A stretch of DNA of 64,000 bases. It comes from Azolla caroliniana (Eukaryota; Plantae; Polypodiophyta). How positions within the stretch are numbered: the stretch's first letter is position 1; each line of letters starts with the position of its first letter. The stretch is taken from positions 22,258,001 to 22,322,000 of the forward strand of contig JBHGNT010000008.1 in the NCBI GenBank assembly GCA_043228905.1. Reading direction: 5' to 3'. Under the pieces are notes generated by a model that was not told where the DNA came from, searched no databases, and saw nothing but the letters and a program-made list of their open reading frames with translations. The position numbers were made by a program, and so were the translations under genes. Positions 1-10,542 of this stretch are shown piece after piece.

Positions 1-59
1 AGGTCTATCCAATATCCCCCCCCCCCCCCCCCCATTCGTAAGCACTAAACTTTGATCTC

Positions 60-1508
60 TCATATCCATAGATTGAGTTCCCTTATTCTTAGGGCCCAAA
101 CCTTGAAGTGAGGCCTATTTATCACCATTTTAGACAATGTTCCTTCATCCATAACAATCACAATATCTAACATACCAACATCTCTCCCAACTCCTTGCTT
201 ACCATTCTCTTCATTGGGTACCTCCAAAGGTGAAGGAAAATGATGTTGGCATTCCACCATAAAGTGGCCCCATTCACCACATCCAAAACAATGGCATGCA
301 ATGTCTCACACTTCAATTCAAAACAAAGTCTTTTTACAGAAGGTGTGTTCATACACACCCATCCTGGCCTCCCCAACTCCTTGCTTACCATTCTCTTCAT
401 TGGGTACCTCCAAAGGTGAAGGAAAATGATGTTGGCATTCCACCATAAAGTGGCCCCATTCACCACATCCAAAACAATGGCATGCAATGTCTCACACTTC
501 AATTCAAAACAAAGTCTTTTTACAGAAGGTGTGTTCATACACACCCATCCTGGCCTCTTATAACTTGTATCCCATAACACACAAAATATGTACTTATTTG
601 TAGCATTTGCATGCGGAGATACCAACACTTTACCCATTTGACTCATCAACTCTGGTAAAAGTGGCCATAAAACGCATGCTTACAATCCACTATTACCCAA
701 ATGGGGCATTCTTGTTTCAACAAAGCATGAATCATAGTCCACTATGGGCGATCATTGCATTAATCGTATAATCAAAGAACATGGTAACTTTATCCAACAA
801 CACGCTTTGATGTTTAGGGCAATGAAATACTGCATCATAAAACCCTTGTGGGCTTGCATATGTATTGTCAACACAATTTGGTGACACAATTGTGTCCAAT
901 TTATGAACGGGAGTTTCCCAATAAAAAACAATGTAACCCACACGATCACAGAATGCATCAAAAGATTGTAAAACTGCCTTCACATAAGCTTCTATAATGC
1001 ACATCCTCATTGAGGCATTCATTTGCTTCATTTTTCATTTTTCTCTATAATACTAGACAACAAGGTATTGGCGATCCCCTATAAATTATCCCAACTATGA
1101 TTATCCTTGTGAACCTTGTCTATATGTATTGCCTTGACATATATCAATTTCTTCTCACCGATTTCCACAATACCCTAAATTCTTAGAGCTCCCAACTTCT
1201 TCCCTGAGTGCACAATTACATTCTAACATCATATTGCATTTTATCGGATCAATTGTTCCCATATCGATGTCCCCCATAGTTTGCAAGGAAATCATGTTTA
1301 TATTTGCTCTTCTTGATGTGGTATTGAGCCAGGATAAAAAAGGATTTTCCATGAACAACCGAGAAAACCAAAACACACCTGATTGAAGATATCGAAGTGG
1401 CAGAAGGCAATTGGAGGCTCGCAATGTGTTATGTGTATGTTGACAACGCACGATGTCATGATCTGGTGTCGAATCCAAAGGCAAAAAATGGAAGCAGGGA
1501 GTGTCCAC
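60..1508 (-). mobile_element. Decayed L1-clade LINE ORF1 relic (DUF4283-like region plus CCHC zinc knuckle)
   Basis: Stitching - strand frames gives 'GFYDAVF..SVLL', then 'SQMGKVL..FCVLWDTS..FELKCETL', then 'CFGCGEWGHFMVEC' (CX2CX4HX4C). This is the order seen in plant L1 ORF1. Many stops and frameshifts; the boundaries are approximate. Confidence 0.6.
186..557. repeat. Exact 2x186-bp tandem duplication inside the LINE relic
   Basis: 186-371 matches 372-557; it appears as a repeated 62-aa block in ORF 167..649. Confidence 0.95.
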
Positions 1509-1750
1509 TCACATGCATAAAAATATATGTAAATATGAAAAGATAAATATAATAAATAAAGGTGAATGACCTAGAGGTTAGAGCCATAGACCTTCAGTTT
1601 GAACATTTGACAATGCGACGTGGATTATGAACTATTTATTTCCTTTCTTTTTTTGAAGAATGATTGGAATAAGTGCACTTAATGCCGAAATTAGGTGCCT
1701 CTTTTTCTCTATAAAAAGAGAAGCGGGTTTATTTTAGGTTACTTCAAGAG

Positions 1751-1944
1751 TGTTGAGAATACTACTGGCCACAACCAGTTAATACATATGCGTACGCGGG
1801 TGCTCTGGTTTCCCTTCTACTTTGGATCTATTTGATATGGGTCGTGCTCCTCCATCCGGTTTTGACTCCTTATCCAAGGTTGGCTCTCCGAACTCCAATC
1901 CAGCTTGTGCTTACTTCCCATCCGGAGGGGATTGTTTCCTAACA
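1751..1944 (-). repeat. 3' LTR of element A (internally deleted, 194 bp)
   Basis: Matches both ends of 17016-17632 but lacks about 420 bp of the middle. Confidence 0.85.
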
Positions 1945-2138
1945 AACTTCCCCTTCTCTTCTACCCTCTCCCGGAGCCAATGGTATCTCCTCTGGATGTG
2001 TCTGGTTCTCGAGTGGTAGGCGGCATCCTTCACAAGGTGGATTGCACTTTGGTTGACACAATAGAGTCAGAATTCCTAGCTCTCCAATAAACTCCTTCAT
2101 CCAAATTATTGCCTTGTCGGCTTCCACTACAATCATAT

Positions 2139-2591
2139 TGTTGAGAATCAAGCTCAACATAGTGCAACGTGTGAACACACCTTTTGAGAATCCATGATTA
2201 GTCAAAGGTCAAGAGTCACACCACTACTCTCTACACATTAACTATGTGTCATAGAATCATATTCTATGACACATAACTAATGAGTTACATATTCCCCATG
2301 ACTATGAGTCTTCACATTCCCCAAGAGAGAGAGTGGTTGTTATAAAGTTAATGAAGAGAGAGGGTGACTCTATATAAAGCACCCTCCTCATACTTCATAC
2401 CAAGTCGGTTGTGACTCCTTATTATGCTACATTTTGTAATTCTTATTCTACTTGTGAAATATACACCTTCTTCTTCAGTATTCCTTTTTTCTATCTATCT
2501 TGTGTTCTCTCATCTCTCCTCTAATTCCTCTCACACATACACATAACACACATCTCTTCCGCTACACAAGAATCACCATCGATTCTTTACA
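2139..2591 (+). repeat. 5' LTR of element B
   Basis: TG..CA ends, TATATAAA near 2371, followed directly by the PBS. Confidence 0.95.
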
Positions 2592-3209
2592 TGGTATCAG
2601 AGCGATTTGGTAGCTCAATCTAGCCCACTCGCCTCTTCGTGATCGTGTGTTGTGCTCTACGCCGATGTTCAAGAAGAACCGGCTCATCGCTATCATAGTA
2701 CCATTACATAGCTCGTGTTCGAGAGAGAAGGAAAAGAAGAAAGGAAGCTTAATCGACAATGAATACTCAAATGGGGAGTGTTGTCCCTAGCGAGAAGTTG
2801 GATCGCAACAACTTTGCATCTTGGGAGTACAAGATGCACCAATACCTTGTCGGCCAAGGCTATTGGAGTTACATCAAGGGAGCACAAGAAAACCAACCCG
2901 ACCCGAAAGATGCCGACTATGCAACTTGGGAGCAAGCGGCAAGCCGAGTGATGTATTGCTTGGCGACATGTGTTCACACCACATGCTCGGCTACATTAGA
3001 GAAGCCGAGACGCCGAAGGAAGCGTGGGAGAATCTAAGAAAGATTTTCGCCGTCAACACGACCGTGAGAAAGCTTCAACTCCGCCAAGAGTTGAACAACA
3101 TTCAACAACGGGATATGTCCATTACAAGCTACACCTTAAAGATCAAGGAGCTTTGCGACTCGCTCAGCTCAATAAGCGTCAATGTGGACGATGATGAGAT
3201 GGTGCAAAT

Positions 3210-3903
3210 TGTTGGAAAACAGGTCCCTCTGGATGGAAGGTGAGAACCGGATGTGGAGTACCCGGCAACGGAAGACCTGGTGAGAACCGGATGACGAGTA
3301 CCCGGCAAGAGCCAGATGGTGAAGACCTGGTGAGAACCGGATGTGGAGTACCCGGCAAGAGCCGGATGGTGAAGACCCGGTGAGAACCGGATGACGAGTA
3401 CCCGACAAGCGCCGGATGATGTAGGCCCGGTGAGGAGTGCTCACCGGATGAAGGGACATACTCGTAAATATGTTTCTGAGAGTCCATCGGGGCTATATTT
3501 GTAAATAGCCGAAAAGTCATATTAGTATAAATATGACTTAGGGAAAACTTAGTAAAGTAGTTGTAGTCATTCTTGTTGGTGCAAGACTAGAGAGCGCGTA
3601 AAAGTGTACAGAGAGAGAGAGAGAGAGGAAGAGGTTGTTGCCTCTGTTGTAACCACCGCCTATGGCGAAGATCGTGAGCACGAGGTCATTGCCTCCGTGA
3701 GCTCACTGTTGTAATAATTGTGATATAGTGATAGTTTGGAGTCTGTGGACTCCCGTGGTTTTTCCCTCTAAGGGTTTTCCACGTTAAACATCCTGTGTAC
3801 TCTTCTCTCCTTTGTGTCGTGCGTTTCATTATCCGTTTTCTGTGTTCGATTTTAGACTCGGTTGTGGCCAAGTGTTGTGGAAAGGGAGCGTGCATTCCTG
3901 TCA
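3210..3903 (+). mobile_element. Element C: solo LTR (694 bp) interrupting B gag, with CCGG-rich 40-50-bp tandem repeats
   Basis: TG..CA ends, TSD CAAAT at 3205-3209 and 3904-3908. Removing it restores gag 'DDDEMVQI-CLASLAPRF'. The motif GGTGAGAACCGGATG recurs at 3239, 3279, 3329 and 3379. Same family as 63408-64000. Confidence 0.92.
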
Positions 3904-4911
3904 CAAATATGCCTTGCCAGCCTTGCACCACGGTTCAACGCGATGAGGACCGTTGTACTAGCATGGGAGAATCTGTCCTCTTTCTTCGATCTTCAATCCA
4001 TGTTGTTGGTCGAAGAAAATCATGTTCGAACAAGGAGCAACACCTCGGAAGGCCACATGCTCTACACGCATTCGGACGGAGGAAGAGGACGTGGCCGTGC
4101 AAGAAGAGGCTGATTCGGCCAAGGACGTGGCCCGACTTACGAAAACAACTCTCAATTACGGCAACAAGATGGAGGCCATCAAGGAACCTTCGGAAGAAGG
4201 GGGAGCCACTGTTCCGGTCCGAGCCGACAAAGCTTGGACGAATGCGGATATTGAGGAAAAATTGGTGACCACAAAGAAGAATGTCGTAAGAAGATACGCG
4301 AGTCGGCTTCCAGTAGCCGACAACTCACCAACTACGCCATCAACTCCGACTATGACGATCGCGGCGGAATGTTCGTGATGAGACATAGATCGAATTCTAT
4401 GTCGGCCTCTACTTCTACTAGTGCCTCTGGTTCAGAAGACGTATGGTTCGTCGATTCCGGTGCCTCAAACCATATGACGTCGCTTCAAGAATGGTTCCGA
4501 GAACTTCAAGAGCTGGACCGACCCGACTATGTCGAAATCGGAGACGACACTACGCACCCGATTCGGCACATCAGCAATGTTCCGTTCGGAGAAGAAGGTA
4601 AGCAAACTTATATTAAAAACGTCTTGCATGTACCAACTATCACGAAGAATTTGGTCTTTGTCGGCCAAATTGTAGAGCAAGGAATGCAAGTACGATTTAA
4701 TCAAGGCGGTTGCTTCATCGAAAAAGAGGGCCGACTCATCGCTCGCGGACGAAGACAGGGCCAAATGTTCATTCTCGACTCACACGAGATGAAATCGACC
4801 ATGTTAGTAAAGGGCATGAAAGCCGATTCCGACATAGAGTTATGACACAAGTGGATTCGCCATATCAACCTCCAAAAGGTCAAGGCAATGCAATTGAAAG
4901 GAGTTGTCATC

Positions 4912-5201
4912 TGTCATAACTAGACTCGAACCCATAACCTTTTGTTACACGGGTCGAGACTTTACCATTAGGTTATGAGTTGTAATTTGAAGGATATTAT
5001 TTTCATTTAGGTTTTATTAGGAAATTGATGTATATTCCAGATTTCTCTGGAACATTCTAGAAACTTCAGGAGTATTCCTGAAGACACTATAAAAGGAGGC
5101 GCAAGGCATTAGTTCGAACCAAATCGGTTCAACGCCAGTCTTAAGCCTTCTAACTACTGTTGTATATCTTCCGTCATATAATACATATATCTTTCGCACC
5201 A

Positions 5202-5241
<40 letters not shown>

Positions 5242-5374
5242 ACTCATTCCTTCTCTCAAAGTTCGACACCTCTCATAGTACTAATCCTTCTCTGTCTTAG
5301 TACTATTCCCCAACAATAGTACTAATCCTTCTTTTAGTACTAATTCCTTCTCTGCCTTAATAGAGTTCCTGACA
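4912..5374 (+). repeat. 5' LTR of element D
   Basis: TGTCA..TGACA ends; TATAAAA at 5088-5094; four copies of the palindrome TAGTACTA in U5. Confidence 0.97.
5035..5094 (+). promoter_or_regulatory. Extended heat-shock element (alternating nGAAn/nTTCn) plus TATA box in the D LTR
   Basis: TTC-ca-GAT-tt-CTC-tg-GAA-ca-TTC-ta-GAA-ac-TTC-ag-GAG-ta-TTC-ct-GAA: 10 in-register pentamers, 7 perfect, ending 5 bp before TATAAAA. Confidence 0.8.
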
Positions 5375-5376
5375 GT

Positions 5377-5388
5377 TTGAACCGATTT
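5377..5388 (+). promoter_or_regulatory. Self-priming PBS of element D
   Basis: TTGAACCGATTT is the exact reverse complement of AAATCGGTTCAA at 5121-5132, which is 33 nt after the TATA. There is no TGG-initiated tRNA PBS. Confidence 0.8.
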
Positions 5389-5462
5389 CCCCTACTAGTC
5401 TCCCTCTTCCTTCTGTCTCTCTCCTTTCCTACTAGTCTCTTATTTCCCTTTTCCTTCATCCC

Positions 5463-6632
5463 ATGGCCACCGTTAGCGCTGAAGAGTATCAATCCGTTTT
5501 CTCGGAATTTCAATGCTTGAAAGAGAAGTTTCATGCTTTGGAACAAGAAAATCAACGCTTGTTGGGGGATCTTCAGCAAATTTCCTTAGAAAAGCAGCAA
5601 ACGCAACAACAGCATGGGGAACTTGCGTTACGCGTGCAACAACTCGAAGCAACCATCGTAGCAATGCAACAACAAGGGCACGGAGCACAAGGGATTCATA
5701 AAGAACCCAAGATTGGCCTTCCCACGAAGTTCGATGGAACGCGATCGCAGTTTAGAGGGTTTCTTAACCAGGTACGGTTAGTTATTCAAATGCATCCGTC
5801 CCGATATCCCACCGATGCATCACGAGTGGGTTTAGTAGGCACGTTGTTAAATGGCTCAGCATTAGCATGGTTCGCTCCGCTACTAGAAAAGGAATCTCCA
5901 GTACTAAATAATTTTGAAGAATTCATAAGTGAGTTTAAAGCATGTTTTGGAGATACTGACAGCATAAGGACTGCAATCAACAAAATCCGGCGATTACGCC
6001 AAGGTGACCGTCCAGCCTCCGCATATGCTGCAGATTTCCGCCTACTCGCCGCCGATATCCCCTGGGATGATCAAGCATTGATGGAGCAGTTCCGCTATGG
6101 TCTACGCAACGATGTCAAGGATTTACTCTTGACTTTCCCTGAAGAGCCAAAATCATTAACAGAAGCAATCAGTCGAGCGGTCAGATGTGACAACCGCCTC
6201 TTCGAGCGACGTTCGGAACGACAATTTCAGATGCCGAGGGCAAGATCCGAGCCTACCTATGCCTCAGTGGTAGCGAAACCTTTTCAAAGGGAGTCACATA
6301 ATGCGCCTCCAGTAAGTACTCCAACTCCAATGGAAATTGACACTACACGTCGTCGTGGGCCGCTATCGGAGGAGGAAAAGCAACGACGCCGAACAAACCG
6401 ATTATGCCTTTATTGCGGTGGACCAGGGCATATCGCGATAAACTGTCCCCATAGACCAAGAAGGCAGGTAAACCAAGTCATTGTTAGTTCTGACTATACT
6501 AAACCCGAGTCTATTTCAGTAGGAATCTCTGATAATCCTCATAGTCATAATAGTCCTAATAGTACTAATAGTCCGAATCTCGCAAACAAATTTGATGTCC
6601 TTAGCCAATTAGAAGAAGAGTTAAACGACTAA
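5463..6632 (+). CDS. gag: Gag of element D (coiled coil, retrotransposon gag domain, CCHC knuckle)
   Basis: 389-aa ORF with EPKIGLPTKFDG, LRQG, PMEID and CLYCGGPGHIAINC motifs (sushi/PEG10-like gag). Confidence 0.95.
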   Translation: MATVSAEEYQSVFSEFQCLKEKFHALEQENQRLLGDLQQISLEKQQTQQQHGELALRVQQLEATIVAMQQQGHGAQGIHKEPKIGLPTKFDGTRSQFRGFLNQVRLVIQMHPSRYPTDASRVGLVGTLLNGSALAWFAPLLEKESPVLNNFEEFISEFKACFGDTDSIRTAINKIRRLRQGDRPASAYAADFRLLAADIPWDDQALMEQFRYGLRNDVKDLLLTFPEEPKSLTEAISRAVRCDNRLFERRSERQFQMPRARSEPTYASVVAKPFQRESHNAPPVSTPTPMEIDTTRRRGPLSEEEKQRRRTNRLCLYCGGPGHIAINCPHRPRRQVNQVIVSSDYTKPESISVGISDNPHSHNSPNSTNSPNLANKFDVLSQLEEELND

Positions 6633-6671
6633 GTCCAGCCAAAATAGGAGCCGTTTGGTTGGACAGCCCTA
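6620..6671 (+). other. -1 programmed ribosomal frameshift signal (gag to pol)
   Basis: Slippery G TTA AAC (6620-6626), 6-nt spacer, then an 11-bp stem GTCCAGCCAAA/TTTGGTTGGAC (6633-6643/6654-6664). The pol frame is -1 and open from 6605. Confidence 0.75.
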
Positions 6672-9600
6672 GATCTGTGCAGCCCATTAGTGGTTCCATT
6701 CCCTCTAAGCAAGTTAGTGATGTGTTCGTAGTCCAAGTAGCAGTTAGTACTAAAAGTACCCCTCCAGTACATACCTTAGCCCTTCTAGATTCCGGAGCTA
6801 ATTCTTGCTTCATGGATAGGAATTTTGCCCGAGCTCATCAGATATCTCTCAGAAAGCTCCCATGTCCAGCCTCAGTAGTAGTCATTGATGGTCGTCCCAT
6901 TGCTTCTGGTAATATCATAGAAGAGTCGGAACCCGTTAATATTGTCCTAGATAACTTAACATGTGTAGTATCATTTAATATTATTAGTATTCCAGAACAT
7001 CCCATAGTTTTAGGATTACCATGGTTCGAGTTACATGACCCAGACATAGATTGGAGGACAAGGGAAATCCGGTTGCGACAAACCCAAGGATCTACCCAGA
7101 AGGTTGCAACCATTTCGCTACGTCAGTTGCGTGAGGAAGGGCGCAAGGAGGAAATGTTTCTCTTTGCAATATCAGTACAACCCTCCAGCACCACCAAAGA
7201 GGAGTCCACCGTTCAACTTCCCGAGAAGTATCGTCAGTATGCTGATGTGTTCGATAAAGTACAAGCCAACACACTTCCTCATCATCGGCCGTACGACTGC
7301 GCCATCGACTTACAACCGGGAAAAGAGCCGCCATGGGGGCCGATCTACAATTTGTCACCAACCGAGTTAGAAGTCCTTCGAGCCTATATAGAGGAGAATT
7401 TGGAGAACGGTTTCATTCGGCATTCGAAATCTCCAGCCGGCGCACCCATTTTCTTCGTCAAGAAAAAAGATGGCTCGCTTCGACTCGTTGTAGATTACCG
7501 TGGCTTGAATAAGGTCACAGTAAGAAATAGGTATGCTCTTCCCCTTATCTCAAGTCTTTTAGAACGGATCAACGGTGCCAGGTTCTTCACGAAGATCGAC
7601 TTACGAGGAGCCTATAACCTCGTACGGATCCGACCAGGAGATGAATGGAAGACCGCGTTTCGCACCAGATATGGGCACTTCGAGTATACGGTCATGCCGT
7701 TCGGACTCACTAATGCGCCGGCAGTCTTCCAGCACATGGCGAATGATATATTTCGAGATCTCTTGGATGATTTTTTGATCATCTATTTGGATGATCTACT
7801 GGTTTATTCAAAGACCCAAGAAGAACATGATTCTCATGTACTATTAGTACTAAAACGACTTCGAGAACATGGTCTGTATGCAAAGTTAGAGAAATGTAGT
7901 TTCGGGTGCAACCAAGTGGAGTTTCTCGGCTATGTCATCTCCTCAGAAGGCATATCTATGGACCCAGCCAAGGTCAAAACGGTGATAGAATGGCACACTC
8001 CGCGTTCGGTGCGGGATGTGCAATGCTTCCTAGGCTTTGCAAATTTCTACCGGAAGTTCATACAAAATTACTCAAAAATTGTGCTGCCTCTTACACAGCT
8101 CACCAGGAAGGGACAATCATTCATTTGGTCTAAAGAGACGGACATGGCTTTCGAGAGTCTTAAGAAGGCGTTTACATCAGCTCCAATTTTAGGTCATGTG
8201 GATCCGGAAAAACCATTCATTATCGAAGCTGATGCATCGGATTTCGCATTAGGGAGCATTCTGTCACAACAGGGTAACGACGAGAAGCTACATCCTGTGG
8301 CTTTCCACTCCCGTAAGTTTGACGCCGCCGAAATCAACTACGAAATTCATGATAAAGAGCTATTAGCAATAGTTGATTCTTTTATGCAATGGAGGCATTT
8401 CCTGGAGGGATCTCCTCATCAGGTCACTGTATTCAGTGACCACAAGAACCTTGCCTACTTTCAAGATGCTCGTGTACTGAATCGACGTCAAGCTCGGTGG
8501 GCCCACTTCCTCACACGCTTCGACTTCAAAATTACATATCGTCCGGGGAAGCACCAAGGGAAGGCAGATGCATTATCACGGCGTTCGTATCTAACACCAC
8601 GTCCCGGTGAGCCAGCTTTCGATAACCAGAAGCAAGTAATCTTGGGTCCAGCACGACTGCAAGCAGCACAGATCTTTGACATGCCCGTGGATTCCGACAT
8701 TACCAATACTATACGTGAGGACTTGAAGACTGACGCTTTCGCCCAAGCTATACTAGCACAAATTGACCCCTCTCGAGCGTCATGTTCACAATCACAATCA
8801 CCAGGTACGGATTATCGGCAATTCAAATACTGTGATGGATTACTCTTCTTTAAAGAACTTTTGTATGTTCCTAATGGTTCTTGCCGCCTTCGAGTAGTAC
8901 AAAACTGCCATGACACATATACAGCAGGACATTTTGGTAGTACTAAAACATTAGATTTAGTACAACGATCATTCTGGTGGCCCCGTATGCGACAATTTGT
9001 CGAAGATTTTGTTCGGACTTGCGATACATGCTGCAGAGCGAAAATGCCAAGACATCATCCATATGGTTTATTAGAACCATTACCAATTCCAAGCAAGCCA
9101 TGGCAATCCATTGCTCTTGACTTCATTACAGATCTTCCAGTCTCTAAGGGATTCAGTGCGATTCTCACAGTGGTGGATCGATATACGAAGATGGCTCATT
9201 TCTTACCATGTACTAAAGAAATATCTAGTGAAGACACCGCCGAAATTGTCATGCGGGAAGTATGTCGGCATCATGGACTCCCTGATAATATCATCAGCGA
9301 TCGTGGACCCCAGTTTGTGTCAAAATTCTGGAAGCACCTTTTTAAAATGCTGAAGGTCACTTGTAACCTCTCCTCCGGCTACCACCCACAAACCGACGGT
9401 CAAGCCGAACGAACAAATCAAACACTGGAGCAGTATCTGCGGTGCTTTCTCAACTATCATCAGAATGACTGGGCAGATATTCTTCAGTTCGCCGAATTTG
9501 CCTATAATAACGCTATCCACGCATCGACTAAAGTCACGCCATTCTACGCTTATACGGGATATCATCCCCGGTGGTGTGTCCTTGAAACCCCAGAAGTGTC

Positions 9601-10216
9601 CACAAATCCTTGCGCGGAGGATCGTTTGGAGCGGTTACGCAAGATACAAGCGGATTTATCTACTCAACTCCAGCAAGCTCAACAATCACACAAGGACTAC
9701 GCAGATCGTCATCGACTTCCATCCAGTTTTAACATTGGAGATCGGGTGTGGCTGCTACGACGACACATCAAGACTACTCGCCCATGTGAGAAGTTGGATT
9801 ATCGACGATTAGGTCCTTTCCGTATTATCGGGAAGATTAATGATGTCGCTTTTCGTCTCGAGCTACCTCCGCAACTTCGGATACACCCGGTGTTTCATAG
9901 TTCTCTCCTCGAACCCTATCACGAGAGCACTATCCCAGGACGTACTATACAACCTCCACCTCCTATCGAGCTCGAAGATGGACCTGAGTATGAGGTCGCT
10001 GCCATCCTCGATTCCAAGATTGTTCGCAACAAGCTCTACTATCTAGTCGATTGGCTAGGATATAGTCCCAGCGAGCGTACTTGGGAACCGATCGAGAATG
10101 TGACCAATGCTCGTGCTCTTCTAGAAGACTTCCATCGACGATATCCCGAGAAACCGGGTCCTCAATCCAAAACGACTCGTGAAACTCGTCGTTTTAAAGG
10201 GGGGATAGTGTCATAA
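6659..10216 (+). CDS. pol: Pol of element D: protease-RT-RNase H-integrase-chromodomain (frame open from 6605; likely expressed by frameshift)
   Basis: LLDSGA (PR), YLDD (RT), EADASDFA (RH), H..H..C..C and DDE (INT), GPF motif, and C-terminal chromodomain EYEVAAILDS..YLVDWLGY..TWEP. Confidence 0.97.
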   Translation: MDSPRSVQPISGSIPSKQVSDVFVVQVAVSTKSTPPVHTLALLDSGANSCFMDRNFARAHQISLRKLPCPASVVVIDGRPIASGNIIEESEPVNIVLDNLTCVVSFNIISIPEHPIVLGLPWFELHDPDIDWRTREIRLRQTQGSTQKVATISLRQLREEGRKEEMFLFAISVQPSSTTKEESTVQLPEKYRQYADVFDKVQANTLPHHRPYDCAIDLQPGKEPPWGPIYNLSPTELEVLRAYIEENLENGFIRHSKSPAGAPIFFVKKKDGSLRLVVDYRGLNKVTVRNRYALPLISSLLERINGARFFTKIDLRGAYNLVRIRPGDEWKTAFRTRYGHFEYTVMPFGLTNAPAVFQHMANDIFRDLLDDFLIIYLDDLLVYSKTQEEHDSHVLLVLKRLREHGLYAKLEKCSFGCNQVEFLGYVISSEGISMDPAKVKTVIEWHTPRSVRDVQCFLGFANFYRKFIQNYSKIVLPLTQLTRKGQSFIWSKETDMAFESLKKAFTSAPILGHVDPEKPFIIEADASDFALGSILSQQGNDEKLHPVAFHSRKFDAAEINYEIHDKELLAIVDSFMQWRHFLEGSPHQVTVFSDHKNLAYFQDARVLNRRQARWAHFLTRFDFKITYRPGKHQGKADALSRRSYLTPRPGEPAFDNQKQVILGPARLQAAQIFDMPVDSDITNTIREDLKTDAFAQAILAQIDPSRASCSQSQSPGTDYRQFKYCDGLLFFKELLYVPNGSCRLRVVQNCHDTYTAGHFGSTKTLDLVQRSFWWPRMRQFVEDFVRTCDTCCRAKMPRHHPYGLLEPLPIPSKPWQSIALDFITDLPVSKGFSAILTVVDRYTKMAHFLPCTKEISSEDTAEIVMREVCRHHGLPDNIISDRGPQFVSKFWKHLFKMLKVTCNLSSGYHPQTDGQAERTNQTLEQYLRCFLNYHQNDWADILQFAEFAYNNAIHASTKVTPFYAYTGYHPRWCVLETPEVSTNPCAEDRLERLRKIQADLSTQLQQAQQSHKDYADRHRLPSSFNIGDRVWLLRRHIKTTRPCEKLDYRRLGPFRIIGKINDVAFRLELPPQLRIHPVFHSSLLEPYHESTIPGRTIQPPPPIELEDGPEYEVAAILDSKIVRNKLYYLVDWLGYSPSERTWEPIENVTNARALLEDFHRRYPEKPGPQSKTTRETRRFKGGIVS

Positions 10217-10498
10217 CTAGACTCGAACCCATAACCTTTTGTTACACGGGTCGAGACTTTACCATTAGGTTATGAGTTGTAATTTGAAGGATATTATTTT
10301 CATTTAGGTTTTATTAGGAAATTGATGTATATTCCAGATTTCTCTGGAACATTCTAGAAACTTCAGGAGTATTCCTGAAGACACTATAAAAGGAGGCGCA
10401 AGGCATTAGTTCGAACCAAATCGGTTCAACGCCAGTCTTAAGCCTTCTAACTACTGTTGTATATCTTCCGTCATATAATACATATATCTTTCGCACCA

Positions 10499-10542
<44 letters not shown>

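Noticed and set aside
3169-3520. Repetitive ORFs in element C
   Set aside because: A by-product of GC-rich U3 tandem repeats.
4912-4985. Functional tRNA gene
   Set aside because: The anticodon and T stems do not pair; it is reported only as an A/B-box-like module.
5017-5205. 62-76-aa antisense ORF present in both D LTRs (also 10314-10544)
   Set aside because: It is identical only because the LTRs are identical; no recognisable protein features.
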